Of a DNA stretch of 20,582 nt, positions 8,853 through 17,160 are shown one piece after another. The translations under genes were made by a program, and so were the position numbers. The stretch is from Tubiluchus corallicola (taxonomy: Eukaryota; Animalia; Priapulida): contig JAQGDQ010002483.1 in assembly GCA_030141605.1 (NCBI GenBank), positions 1-20,582 of the forward strand, written 5' to 3'. How positions within the stretch are numbered: position 1 is the first letter of the stretch; each line of letters starts with the position of its first letter. Under the pieces are notes generated by a model, which saw nothing but the letters and a program-made list of their open reading frames with translations, did no database searches and was not told the DNA's origin.

Positions 8853-8921
8853 ACAGGAGGGCTAAAGCAGATTAGCCCCTGTAGTTGCCCTAATGATGCA
8901 GGGAGTAAGACCTGCATCATT
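8853..8921. terminator. Twin hairpins downstream of the 4Fe-4S gene, probable terminator(s)
   Basis: ACAGG-a-GGGCTAA/TTAGCCCCTGT (8853-8882) and perfect 11-bp AATGATGCAGG/CCTGCATCATT (8892-8921). Confidence 0.5.
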
Positions 8922-8983
8922 TATCTTGCTATGAAGGTCACTAGTATGGAACATCTTGAGAAGTGACTTCATTAAGATTTGAC

Positions 8984-9766
8984 TTAATTGGCGAGCTTCC
9001 TGATCTCTTTCACGGAACCGTCCAGGCTCAGGATGCATATTTCGGCGTCAAGAGTATTTTTGTCGGATTTTGCGATGGCTTGTCTCACTATCTCTATCAG
9101 TCCGCCGCAACAAGGAACCTCCATTATTACGCAAATCAATTTGGGTATGTCGTTAGAGCTGATAATGTTAGCCAACTTTTCAGCGTATGGAGCCGTATTA
9201 TCCAACTTTGGGCAAGCAATGACCACGCTTCTGCCCCGAATGAATCGCCAGTGAACATCAGCAGAGGCCACGGGGCCACAAGTGTTTATGACTGCAAGCT
9301 CCTTGCCGTCCCATTGTGCTGCGTTTGGATTGGCTAAATGAAGCTGTACTGGCCATTGTCTCAATTCTGAGCGAATTGCAGTACCGAACTCGTTTGCCAA
9401 TGATGTTTCCGAGCTGTCATCATCTTTGTCTTTGATCATTCTAGAGGCGCTTCCGGGACAAGCGGATATTTTTGAGCTGTGTTTTTTCATAGACTCTTCC
9501 ATTCGGACTACAGCTTCTATGCCTTGGGTTTTTAGAAGGTTTGCCTTCGTAGCGTCTTCATCAAACGGTCTTGCTTCCCTTTTTTCGATCGTAAGTGCCC
9601 CTGTTGGACACGTTCCTACACAATCGCCAAAACCATCACAAAAATCTTCTTTAATAAGCTTTACTTTGCCATCCACTACCTGCAGTGCACCCTCAGCACA
9701 TCCAACAACACAATCACCACAACCGTTACACAAATCTTCATCAATCTTGATAATATCCCTAGCCAT
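8984..9766 (-). CDS. 4Fe-4S dicluster ferredoxin-domain protein (family often linked to hcp)
   Basis: CNGCGDCVVGC, CDGFGDCVGTCP, CPGS, SELRQWPVQLHL, CPKLD, MEVPCCGGL; AAGGAG RBS. Confidence 0.85.
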   Translation of the reverse strand: MARDIIKIDEDLCNGCGDCVVGCAEGALQVVDGKVKLIKEDFCDGFGDCVGTCPTGALTIEKREARPFDEDATKANLLKTQGIEAVVRMEESMKKHSSKISACPGSASRMIKDKDDDSSETSLANEFGTAIRSELRQWPVQLHLANPNAAQWDGKELAVINTCGPVASADVHWRFIRGRSVVIACPKLDNTAPYAEKLANIISSNDIPKLICVIMEVPCCGGLIEIVRQAIAKSDKNTLDAEICILSLDGSVKEIRKLAN

Positions 9767-9841
9767 AAAACTGCTCCTTAAATTGAAATCTTTAATTCAG
9801 ATGTACGCCACTATAACGTAACTGCGGAAAAAAGTGTACAG

Positions 9842-9870
9842 AAAAAGGGGGGAATAACTCCCCCCTCTTT
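9842..9870 (-). terminator. Intrinsic terminator after cpoB
   Basis: On the minus strand GGGGGGA-GTTAT-TCCCCCC followed by TTTTT. Confidence 0.8.
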
Positions 9871-9904
9871 GCTTCAATTTTGAACTTTACAAAAGTTTAA
9901 AAAA

Positions 9905-10590
9905 TTAGTTTAACTTTTGTCTCGCAATTATTGCGGCGTTAGAATCTCCGTGATTTGATATAACTGTCCTGTAGTGTTTTGCAGCAGTCGATGTGTCGCC
10001 TTTACTTTCTGCTATCAATCCGAGCTTAAGGGTAGCATCTGGAACTTTGCTGCCTGTTTTATACTTTGTGATGACGGTATTGAAATAGCTTTCTGCCCTT
10101 TCGTGCATGTTCATAGCGTAGTGGTTCTCTCCCAACCAATATATTGCGTTGTCAGTGAGATCATCATTTGGGAATTTTTCTACAAATTCAGTAAACTTAT
10201 CTATGCTTTCCTGATGCTTCCCATTCTGATACAAGCTATAGGCGGATTTGTACATCATGCCTTTATCAGTGCCTCTATCCGTGACAATGATGATGGGTTG
10301 ATCCGTGCAGTGGCTTGCTGGGGTGAAGTTTCCTGTGACATTGCAATAGCGTTTAGGTCAGTTTTGATGCCGACTATTGCTTGGGAGTTGTTGTTTATGC
10401 TCTCCTCATATCCTTTGACGGTATTTTCCAAATCGTCGATTTCCAATTGCATGTCGACGATGCTTCTCTGCATACTGACAATCTCTTCATTGATGCTGTC
10501 GATACTCTGTTGTGTAGCATCATTCGTGGTGGTCGTGCAAGCCACAAGAGACAGAGAGCAGATGCCAGCGATGAGTACTAATTTTTTCAT
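9905..10590 (-). CDS. cpoB: Tol-Pal/cell division coordinator CpoB (YbgF), frameshifted near 10300-10310 (ORFs 10255..10590 and 9905..10258)
   Basis: Signal peptide with lipobox LVAC, coiled coil, then TPR part F...FP...L.DNA.YWLGE..Y...KVPDA.LKLG. The downstream frame stays open upstream as TDQPIIIVTDRGTDKG-MMYKSAY. Confidence 0.85.
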
Positions 10591-10608
10591 AAGTTGTTCT
10601 CCACAAAA

Positions 10609-11511
10609 TTATTTTAAAATGTATTTATCTACTACGCCTACCAGATCGTGCATATTCGGTTTGCCGATAAACTCGTCCGCTCCGATGCTGGCAATTTTTC
10701 TTTCATTTTCTACGCTTGCCATGGATGAATAGATAATGATTGGCAGCTCTCTCTGATTGTAGGCTTCTCTGATCTTTTTTACCAAGTAGCCGCCATCTGT
10801 GCCGGGCATCTCGAGATCAGTTACGATCAGATCGGGTTTTTTCTCCATAACTCTTTTAAGAAGATCCAATCCGTTGTCGTGCATAAAAACGTTGTATCCT
10901 GCCCTAGAGAACAGATCGTTCACCAAGTTACTTATGAGTTTGGAATCTTCGGCAACGTACAAAGTCTTCTTCGATCGCTCATCATACCTGCTTAAGTCCA
11001 AATCTATCTTTTCTGCAAGGTGGTCGTCTTCGCCATTGATATCCATTATTATCTGCTCATAGTCCAGCAACTGCACGAGCTTGTTTTCGATCTCGATGAC
11101 ACCGAGGACGGCGCCGCTCATCTCCACGCTGTTGATATTCGAATAGTCTTTAATATCTGACCACTTGACGCGATATATTCTCACAACCTCGTCCACCAAA
11201 AAGCCGGTGTAGCGATCATTGAAGTGGGTAGTTAAAACCTTTGCAGAGTTTTCATCATAGTTATCTTTGATATTTAACCATTTGCCCAAGTTTATTATGG
11301 GGGTAAGGTTATTCCGCAAGTTTGCCGTGCCGACAATAGCTTCGTGCATATCGGGGAGCGGGGTGATTTCGGGCATCCTGATGACCTCTCGAACCTTTGC
11401 CACATTGATGCAAAACCGATGGATCTTGTCCGCTTCGATTATGAATTCCACCAACTCAAACTCATTGGTGCCCGATTCCAAAAGAATACCATGATCTATA
11501 GCCATAGACAT
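10609..11511 (-). CDS. cheV: Chemotaxis coupling protein CheV (CheW plus receiver)
   Basis: ILLESGTNEFELVEF, INVAKVREVI, receiver AEDS...VTDLEMPG.DG...YSS...KP. Confidence 0.93.
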   Translation of the reverse strand: MSMAIDHGILLESGTNEFELVEFIIEADKIHRFCINVAKVREVIRMPEITPLPDMHEAIVGTANLRNNLTPIINLGKWLNIKDNYDENSAKVLTTHFNDRYTGFLVDEVVRIYRVKWSDIKDYSNINSVEMSGAVLGVIEIENKLVQLLDYEQIIMDINGEDDHLAEKIDLDLSRYDERSKKTLYVAEDSKLISNLVNDLFSRAGYNVFMHDNGLDLLKRVMEKKPDLIVTDLEMPGTDGGYLVKKIREAYNQRELPIIIYSSMASVENERKIASIGADEFIGKPNMHDLVGVVDKYILK

Positions 11512-11875
11512 TGCCCCTTATAAACTGTCGATTCAAATCAGCTGAAAAAAATAAGAAGTATTACCTCTCACGAATCTTGCTGCAAACTTCACTTGTGAGC
11601 TCCGTTAAAAAATCCACTTAAGCTCCACAATAAAAATTTTATCCAAAGACGCCACCCCGGCCCGCACAAACCTCACCGACCAGGATTTGCTCACGCTCTA
11701 AAAAGTTCCACAGTTTTGCCAGAGGTGCTGCTCCAATTCGCATGAACTTGCAGCCAAACTTCTCAAAAGTATAGCTACACTGCTTAAAAATACCATGTGA
11801 AGCTAGATATTTCAAGAAATTAAGAGAAAAGTTTTTTCTTGATTGGGTATGGGTTATAATTTAAGATGTAAGGTT

Positions 11876-14506
11876 ATGAAATTTGTTGTTGTGCTATTGT
11901 TTCTGGTCTTGTCGCTTGGCGTTTGTGCCCAAGAGATTTTTGTAAAAAAAGCAAAATACCTGTCCGAGCTTTATATCAAAGTTCCTCCGGGGGAGATCGT
12001 GTCTTCGTCTCCTCTTCCTGATGGAAATGGTCTCAAGGTGGTGCTGAAAAGGAATGTTGAGCCTGAGTTTTCCACCGATATGGATGATGAATATATAGAC
12101 TCTGTCTTGGGCAAGGGGAAGGAGATTATCGTTTTTTTGAGAGAGGGCACAGACTACAGCACCATAAGTGAGAAGCAGGGTCTCCGTGTTGTTGTATCCA
12201 AAAAGATCATTAATCAAGAGGTATTGTCGAGTTATGGCGTTGCAAGTGCTCTTCCCATGACCGATCTTGCATCCACAAATCCGCATAATGAAAGTAAGCT
12301 TGTGGAGGCAAGGGATCTCATAAGCGATGGAGATGATATACAGGCGGCCATAAAGCTCAGAGAGCTTGTGAGTGTTGCTGATGAAGGCAGTTACTATAAG
12401 CATGAAGCGATGTTGTTGCTCGGTAGGACATACATGAGGCTCGGCGAAAAGAATGCGCAGTATTATCAAGAGGCTGTGAATGTATTTGAAAGTTTACTGG
12501 AAGAATATCCTGATAGTTACTACTATGCGGAAATACTGCTGGATATGGGGGATTGTTATGAAAAGCTCCTACAATACTATAATGCGATAGATGCATATCG
12601 GAGGGTGTACGACGTAGTGCAGGATGCCACCCTGAAGAAGCTTGCCCTTCTTAAGACTGGCGCTATCTACGAAAACATAGGACAGAATAAGAAGGCCACT
12701 GAGGTGTATATCGAGTATCTCGACAATTTTCATGAAAATTTAGATGATGGATATTTAAAGGTGGGCAGTCTTTTTTACAAGCTGGGAGATTACGGAGCTG
12801 CTTACGAATTTTTTAGCCAAATTTCAACGGAGCGGGTAACTACGGACTTTGCAACGCCTGACAATCTCTATGGGATGGCGTACACTGCCCAGTTTAAGGG
12901 CAACTTTAGCGAAGCGATAGAGCTTTATAACTTTCTCAGCGAGGCTTTTCCTGAGAGTATCTACTCCGATCTTGTCTTGTACAATCTTGGCATATGCTAT
13001 GAACAGTCGGAAAAGAATGATCCCACAGTTGCAGATAACTACTTCATAGAAGCCAAGGAAACTTACCCCAGTATGGAAGGTGGAGTTCTTGCGACAATAC
13101 ACTACATGAAGAAATATCTGGATCAACGTCCGTATAGTTATTGGAATATATTTACCTCTGATCTGTTTGTACCTACAGTTCCGGAAAATTATCGCTCAGA
13201 AGCGGCGTACTACCTTATTAAGAGCCAGCTTGAGCATGATACTGCAGAAAATGCCATGTTAGCCATACTCCTGTATGAAAGAAATTACTACGCTTCAGAA
13301 TTTTTGGATGAGGTCAAAGAATTGAAGGTGGAAGCGTACTACAAAATAGCCATGAGCGAGTACGATCGGGGAGAGTATATTGCCAGTAAGGATACTATGG
13401 CGAACATGTTTGCCGAGTTTCCATACGTATCAGACAGCGAGAAGGCTGCTCGTTTTTTAGAGATGGTAAACTTTGCTCAGCTTGAAACCCTCATCGCAGA
13501 GGGTAAATATGAAGATGCCATCGATTTTGGTGAGGCCTACATTCGTGCAAATGAAGAACTATTCAAGCCCGCAGACTGGGAAGCTTCTGTTGCCGAGGCG
13601 CGTTTCATATTGATGAGGAATATCTATTTTGGTGGCAACTACGCAGGAGCTATCGTTATGAGCAGGGAATATATGCTCAACTATCCGAATTCCACAAATA
13701 TTCACAATGCAAATGCGGTTTATGGGGATGCCCTTTATCAGGCTATAAATAGTAATTATGATTCTAACAACTTCTTGACAGCTGTTGAGTTTTATCAAAA
13801 AAACCGCTCTTGGTTGCCGAGGATTGATGACAAAGATGTTGTAGACAATATAAAAACGTTGTCGAGCCTTACCCTCTATAGACTGCGAAATGTTAAGGAT
13901 GCAAGGGCGCTGTATAATGAAATTACCCCATCAGATTCTACGGACTATCTCGTATTGAGCATGTTGCTTGGGGATGGTGCTTCTGTTGATGTAAATAGAT
14001 TTGATCTTGAAACGTTAGAATATCTTGTGGAAGAGGTGAGCAAAGTTGATATCGATTTTGCGCTAAGCATGCTCGACGACTATACTGTGGACCGAAGCTT
14101 TGGTATGGACTTAAAGTACCGATTGACAAAAAATCTGTCTAACGACAATGATCGTGAGAGGGTCTTGTTGGAGATATATGCTATCATACAGCAGAATCCG
14201 GATATCCGTTTTGAGGGATCTGACGAGGTTTATCTCGATGTGGGTCTTATTTCCTTCAGGCGCAACGATTTTCAGAGTGCGGTATTTCCTCTACAGCGCT
14301 TTGTCGATTCTCATTCGGAACTCGACGATAACAGAGCTGAAGGCCTCTATTACTTGGGTAAAACCTATCAGGGCATGGACGACTACGCTCGTGCATCGGT
14401 GTATTTCCGTCAACTGATAGATACAATGCCCTCCTCTGTGTATGCAAGTATAGCCAGAAGCGAGCTAGAGAGTGAATCATGGAAAACAAATCTGAAACGC
14501 TTGTAG
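11876..14506 (+). CDS. Large exported tetratricopeptide-repeat protein
   Basis: Signal peptide MKFVVVLLFLVLSLGVCA; many TPR-like A...F..L...YP.S and YYLG..Y repeats; overlaps the next gene. Confidence 0.85.
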   Translation: MKFVVVLLFLVLSLGVCAQEIFVKKAKYLSELYIKVPPGEIVSSSPLPDGNGLKVVLKRNVEPEFSTDMDDEYIDSVLGKGKEIIVFLREGTDYSTISEKQGLRVVVSKKIINQEVLSSYGVASALPMTDLASTNPHNESKLVEARDLISDGDDIQAAIKLRELVSVADEGSYYKHEAMLLLGRTYMRLGEKNAQYYQEAVNVFESLLEEYPDSYYYAEILLDMGDCYEKLLQYYNAIDAYRRVYDVVQDATLKKLALLKTGAIYENIGQNKKATEVYIEYLDNFHENLDDGYLKVGSLFYKLGDYGAAYEFFSQISTERVTTDFATPDNLYGMAYTAQFKGNFSEAIELYNFLSEAFPESIYSDLVLYNLGICYEQSEKNDPTVADNYFIEAKETYPSMEGGVLATIHYMKKYLDQRPYSYWNIFTSDLFVPTVPENYRSEAAYYLIKSQLEHDTAENAMLAILLYERNYYASEFLDEVKELKVEAYYKIAMSEYDRGEYIASKDTMANMFAEFPYVSDSEKAARFLEMVNFAQLETLIAEGKYEDAIDFGEAYIRANEELFKPADWEASVAEARFILMRNIYFGGNYAGAIVMSREYMLNYPNSTNIHNANAVYGDALYQAINSNYDSNNFLTAVEFYQKNRSWLPRIDDKDVVDNIKTLSSLTLYRLRNVKDARALYNEITPSDSTDYLVLSMLLGDGASVDVNRFDLETLEYLVEEVSKVDIDFALSMLDDYTVDRSFGMDLKYRLTKNLSNDNDRERVLLEIYAIIQQNPDIRFEGSDEVYLDVGLISFRRNDFQSAVFPLQRFVDSHSELDDNRAEGLYYLGKTYQGMDDYARASVYFRQLIDTMPSSVYASIARSELESESWKTNLKRL

Positions 14507-15612
14507 ATATCCAGCTGTTGAATCAAGCATTTGAAACGTTTAATGCAGCAACGACAAAGCTTCAATCCTCTTATGACACCCTTTTGGATGAATCGAGGAA
14601 GCTCCGAGAAGAGGTCGAGGATAAGAATCGCCAGCTGCTGGAGTTGAGCAATCTTTTTGAAACTGTGCTAAACAATACTCAGAGCAGTATCTTTGCGGTA
14701 TCGTCAGAAGGTGACAATAGCTATCTTCTCCAAAACAGCAGCGCTGCAAATCTTGTGAATGAGCTGGGTGAGCCGAAGCTTCGCCAGATGATGGAAGCTG
14801 CGAAGGTCAGCGGCGAAGTGCTCGACTACAACATTGAGAACCGACACTTTAAGATAAACTCCGAGCCCTTAAATTCTGATAGCCTGTGCGGTGAGGTCTA
14901 CGTGATCGATGAGATAACTCGTCTGAAAAATTACGAAGAGGAACGGGGACGGGATGAAAAACTTAAACTAATGGGGGAGATGGCTGCAAATATTGCCCAT
15001 GAAATAAGGAATCCGTTGGGCTCCATAGAACTGTTTGCCTCGCTCCTGAAGAGGGATGTAGAGGATAACGAAAACTCTTTACGTCTCGTGCATTCCATAG
15101 CAAATGGCGTGAGGACTATCAACTCGATCATATCAAATATTCTTCTCTTTACAAAAGAGGTGCGATTAAATGTTGGTGAGCATACCCTGTCTGACCTTGT
15201 GGATGATGTGGTGCTTTACCTCCAGCACCTTATGAAGGAGAAGAATGCTCGATTAATAAATCTGTTGGATGAAGATCATCAGATATTTTGTGATGGTGAG
15301 CTTTTTAAGCAGGTGTTTATGAACATAATACACAATGCAATAGATGCTGTAGATAGTGGTGGTGAAATTACTATATCCTCTTCCTTCAATGAAAGGGAGA
15401 GCATTATTACCGTGTCCGATGATGGTTGTGGTATAAAAGAGGATATGATATCCCGCCTGTTTATGCCTTTTCAGACCACAAAAGCTAAAGGTACAGGGCT
15501 GGGTTTATCCATTGTGTACAAGGTGATTAAAAGCCACGGGGGCAGGGTTGATGTTGAGAGCGATGGAAAAAGTTATAGCAAATTTGTAATACATGTCCCC
15601 CGCAGTATTTAA
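14479..15612 (+). CDS. Cytoplasmic sensor histidine kinase, FleS/FlgS-like
   Basis: N-terminal LNQAFETFNAATTKLQSSY coiled coil, H-box AHEIRNPLGSIELFASLL, N box NIIHNAIDA, D.G.G, F.PF.TTK..GTGLGL; no transmembrane segments. Confidence 0.88.
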   Translation: MENKSETLVDIQLLNQAFETFNAATTKLQSSYDTLLDESRKLREEVEDKNRQLLELSNLFETVLNNTQSSIFAVSSEGDNSYLLQNSSAANLVNELGEPKLRQMMEAAKVSGEVLDYNIENRHFKINSEPLNSDSLCGEVYVIDEITRLKNYEEERGRDEKLKLMGEMAANIAHEIRNPLGSIELFASLLKRDVEDNENSLRLVHSIANGVRTINSIISNILLFTKEVRLNVGEHTLSDLVDDVVLYLQHLMKEKNARLINLLDEDHQIFCDGELFKQVFMNIIHNAIDAVDSGGEITISSSFNERESIITVSDDGCGIKEDMISRLFMPFQTTKAKGTGLGLSIVYKVIKSHGGRVDVESDGKSYSKFVIHVPRSI

Positions 15613-15662
15613 AATGTATATTTCAAAGAATGAAGAATTTATGAAGCGTCTTGGTGAAAAAA

Positions 15663-17078
15663 ATGTCAAATAGTACGGATAGAATATTGATAGTGGATGA
15701 TGATGACAATATGCGGGCAGCTATCTACGAGACTGTAAAGCGTATGGGTATTTACGCTGACGCAGTTTGTGATGGTGCGGAAGGCTTTGAAAAGGCATCT
15801 AAAGAAAAATATGATCTCATCATAAGTGATATGCGCATGCCTGTCCTTGATGGCATGGGTATGCTCAAAAAGTTGCAGGCTTGTGGCGTCACGACGCCGA
15901 TCTGTTTCGTCACAGCTTATGGCACTGTGGACAATGCTGTTGAGTGTGTGAAGCATGGAGCTTTTGACTATATATTGAAGCCCTTCCCTCCAGAAGTTAT
16001 CGAAGAGCTGATAAACCGCACATTAGCTTTGGCTGAAAACAAAAAATCGCCGAAAAAAGACAGCGGAAGCGCTATATATAGAAATGCCTATATGATGAAG
16101 ATATTTGATATAGCCAGAGATGTGGCCTTGAGCGAGTCTACTGTTCTCATCGTTGGGGAATCTGGCACAGGTAAAGAGGTCCTTGCAAAGTTTATCCATA
16201 GAAATAGCGGCAGAGCTGGCGGCAAATTTGTCACGGTGAACTGCGCTGCCCTGCCGGAAAACTTGATAGAGAGTGAGCTTTTTGGATTTGAAAAAGGAGC
16301 CTTTACCGGTGCAGTAAACGCAAAAGCGGGAAAATTTGAAATAGCAAATGGCGGGACGATACTCCTCGATGAAATAGGAGAGATACCTATACACCTGCAG
16401 GCAAAGCTTCTGAGAGTGTTGCAGGAGCGAGAGATTGAGCGTCTTGGTTCCACAAAGACCGTCAAGGTTGACGTTCGAATTCTAGCTACTACAAATAGAG
16501 ATCTTCGACAGATGGTACATGATGGTACATTTCGTGAAGATCTGTTCTATCGCTTGAATGTCATATCAATAGAGCTGCCCCCTTTGCGGAAACGTCGGGA
16601 AGATATAGTGGACTTGAGTTCATTTTTTGTGAATAAGTATGCAAATATCAATGGGAAAACCGGAATAATCCTAGAAAATGATGCAATATCTGCCCTCACA
16701 CAGTATGAGTGGCCCGGAAATGTGAGAGAGTTGGAGCATACCATCGAGAGAGCCGTTGTCTTGTCAAAAAATCAGAAGATAGATGCCAAAAGCCTGTTCT
16801 TACACGGAATAACCATAAATTCGTTCATAGACAACGAAGCTAAATCTAATACGGTAGGTGCGGATATAGAGGTTGTGCCAAGCACAATTAACGATAGAAC
16901 ACGCACCATAGAAAGAAAAGAACCGGATATGGAAAGCGGAAAAACCATCGCAGAGATGGAAAAGGACCTTATACTGAAAACATTGGAAGATGTAGACGGG
17001 AATAAAACAAAAGCGGCAGAGATATTGGGAGTGACATCCAGGACGCTGCGTAACAAACTGAATGAATACAAAAGCTAA
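15663..17078 (+). CDS. Sigma54-dependent response regulator, FleR/FlgR-like (NtrC family)
   Basis: Receiver DD...DMRMP...K, Walker A GESGTGKE, ESELFG.EKGAFTGA, LLDEIGE, WPGNVRELE, Fis-type HTH ending RTLRNKL. Confidence 0.92.
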   Translation: MSNSTDRILIVDDDDNMRAAIYETVKRMGIYADAVCDGAEGFEKASKEKYDLIISDMRMPVLDGMGMLKKLQACGVTTPICFVTAYGTVDNAVECVKHGAFDYILKPFPPEVIEELINRTLALAENKKSPKKDSGSAIYRNAYMMKIFDIARDVALSESTVLIVGESGTGKEVLAKFIHRNSGRAGGKFVTVNCAALPENLIESELFGFEKGAFTGAVNAKAGKFEIANGGTILLDEIGEIPIHLQAKLLRVLQEREIERLGSTKTVKVDVRILATTNRDLRQMVHDGTFREDLFYRLNVISIELPPLRKRREDIVDLSSFFVNKYANINGKTGIILENDAISALTQYEWPGNVRELEHTIERAVVLSKNQKIDAKSLFLHGITINSFIDNEAKSNTVGADIEVVPSTINDRTRTIERKEPDMESGKTIAEMEKDLILKTLEDVDGNKTKAAEILGVTSRTLRNKLNEYKS

Positions 17079-17107
17079 GGGGTAATTCCTGTCCTCGCCC
17101 CTTTTTT
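17077..17107 (+). terminator. Putative terminator between the regulator and glnD
   Basis: AAGGGGT...GCCCCTT followed by a T run. Confidence 0.45.
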
Positions 17108-17160
17108 CATCAAAGATTTTAGAGATGAACGTCCAAAAGGCTGTTGATGTCTGCTTGCCT

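Noticed and set aside
9974-10732. Long antisense ORFs (9974..10732, 3241..3750, 3422..3964, 11894..12469, 20108..20413 and others)
   Set aside because: They shadow well-supported genes on the opposite strand and have no motifs.
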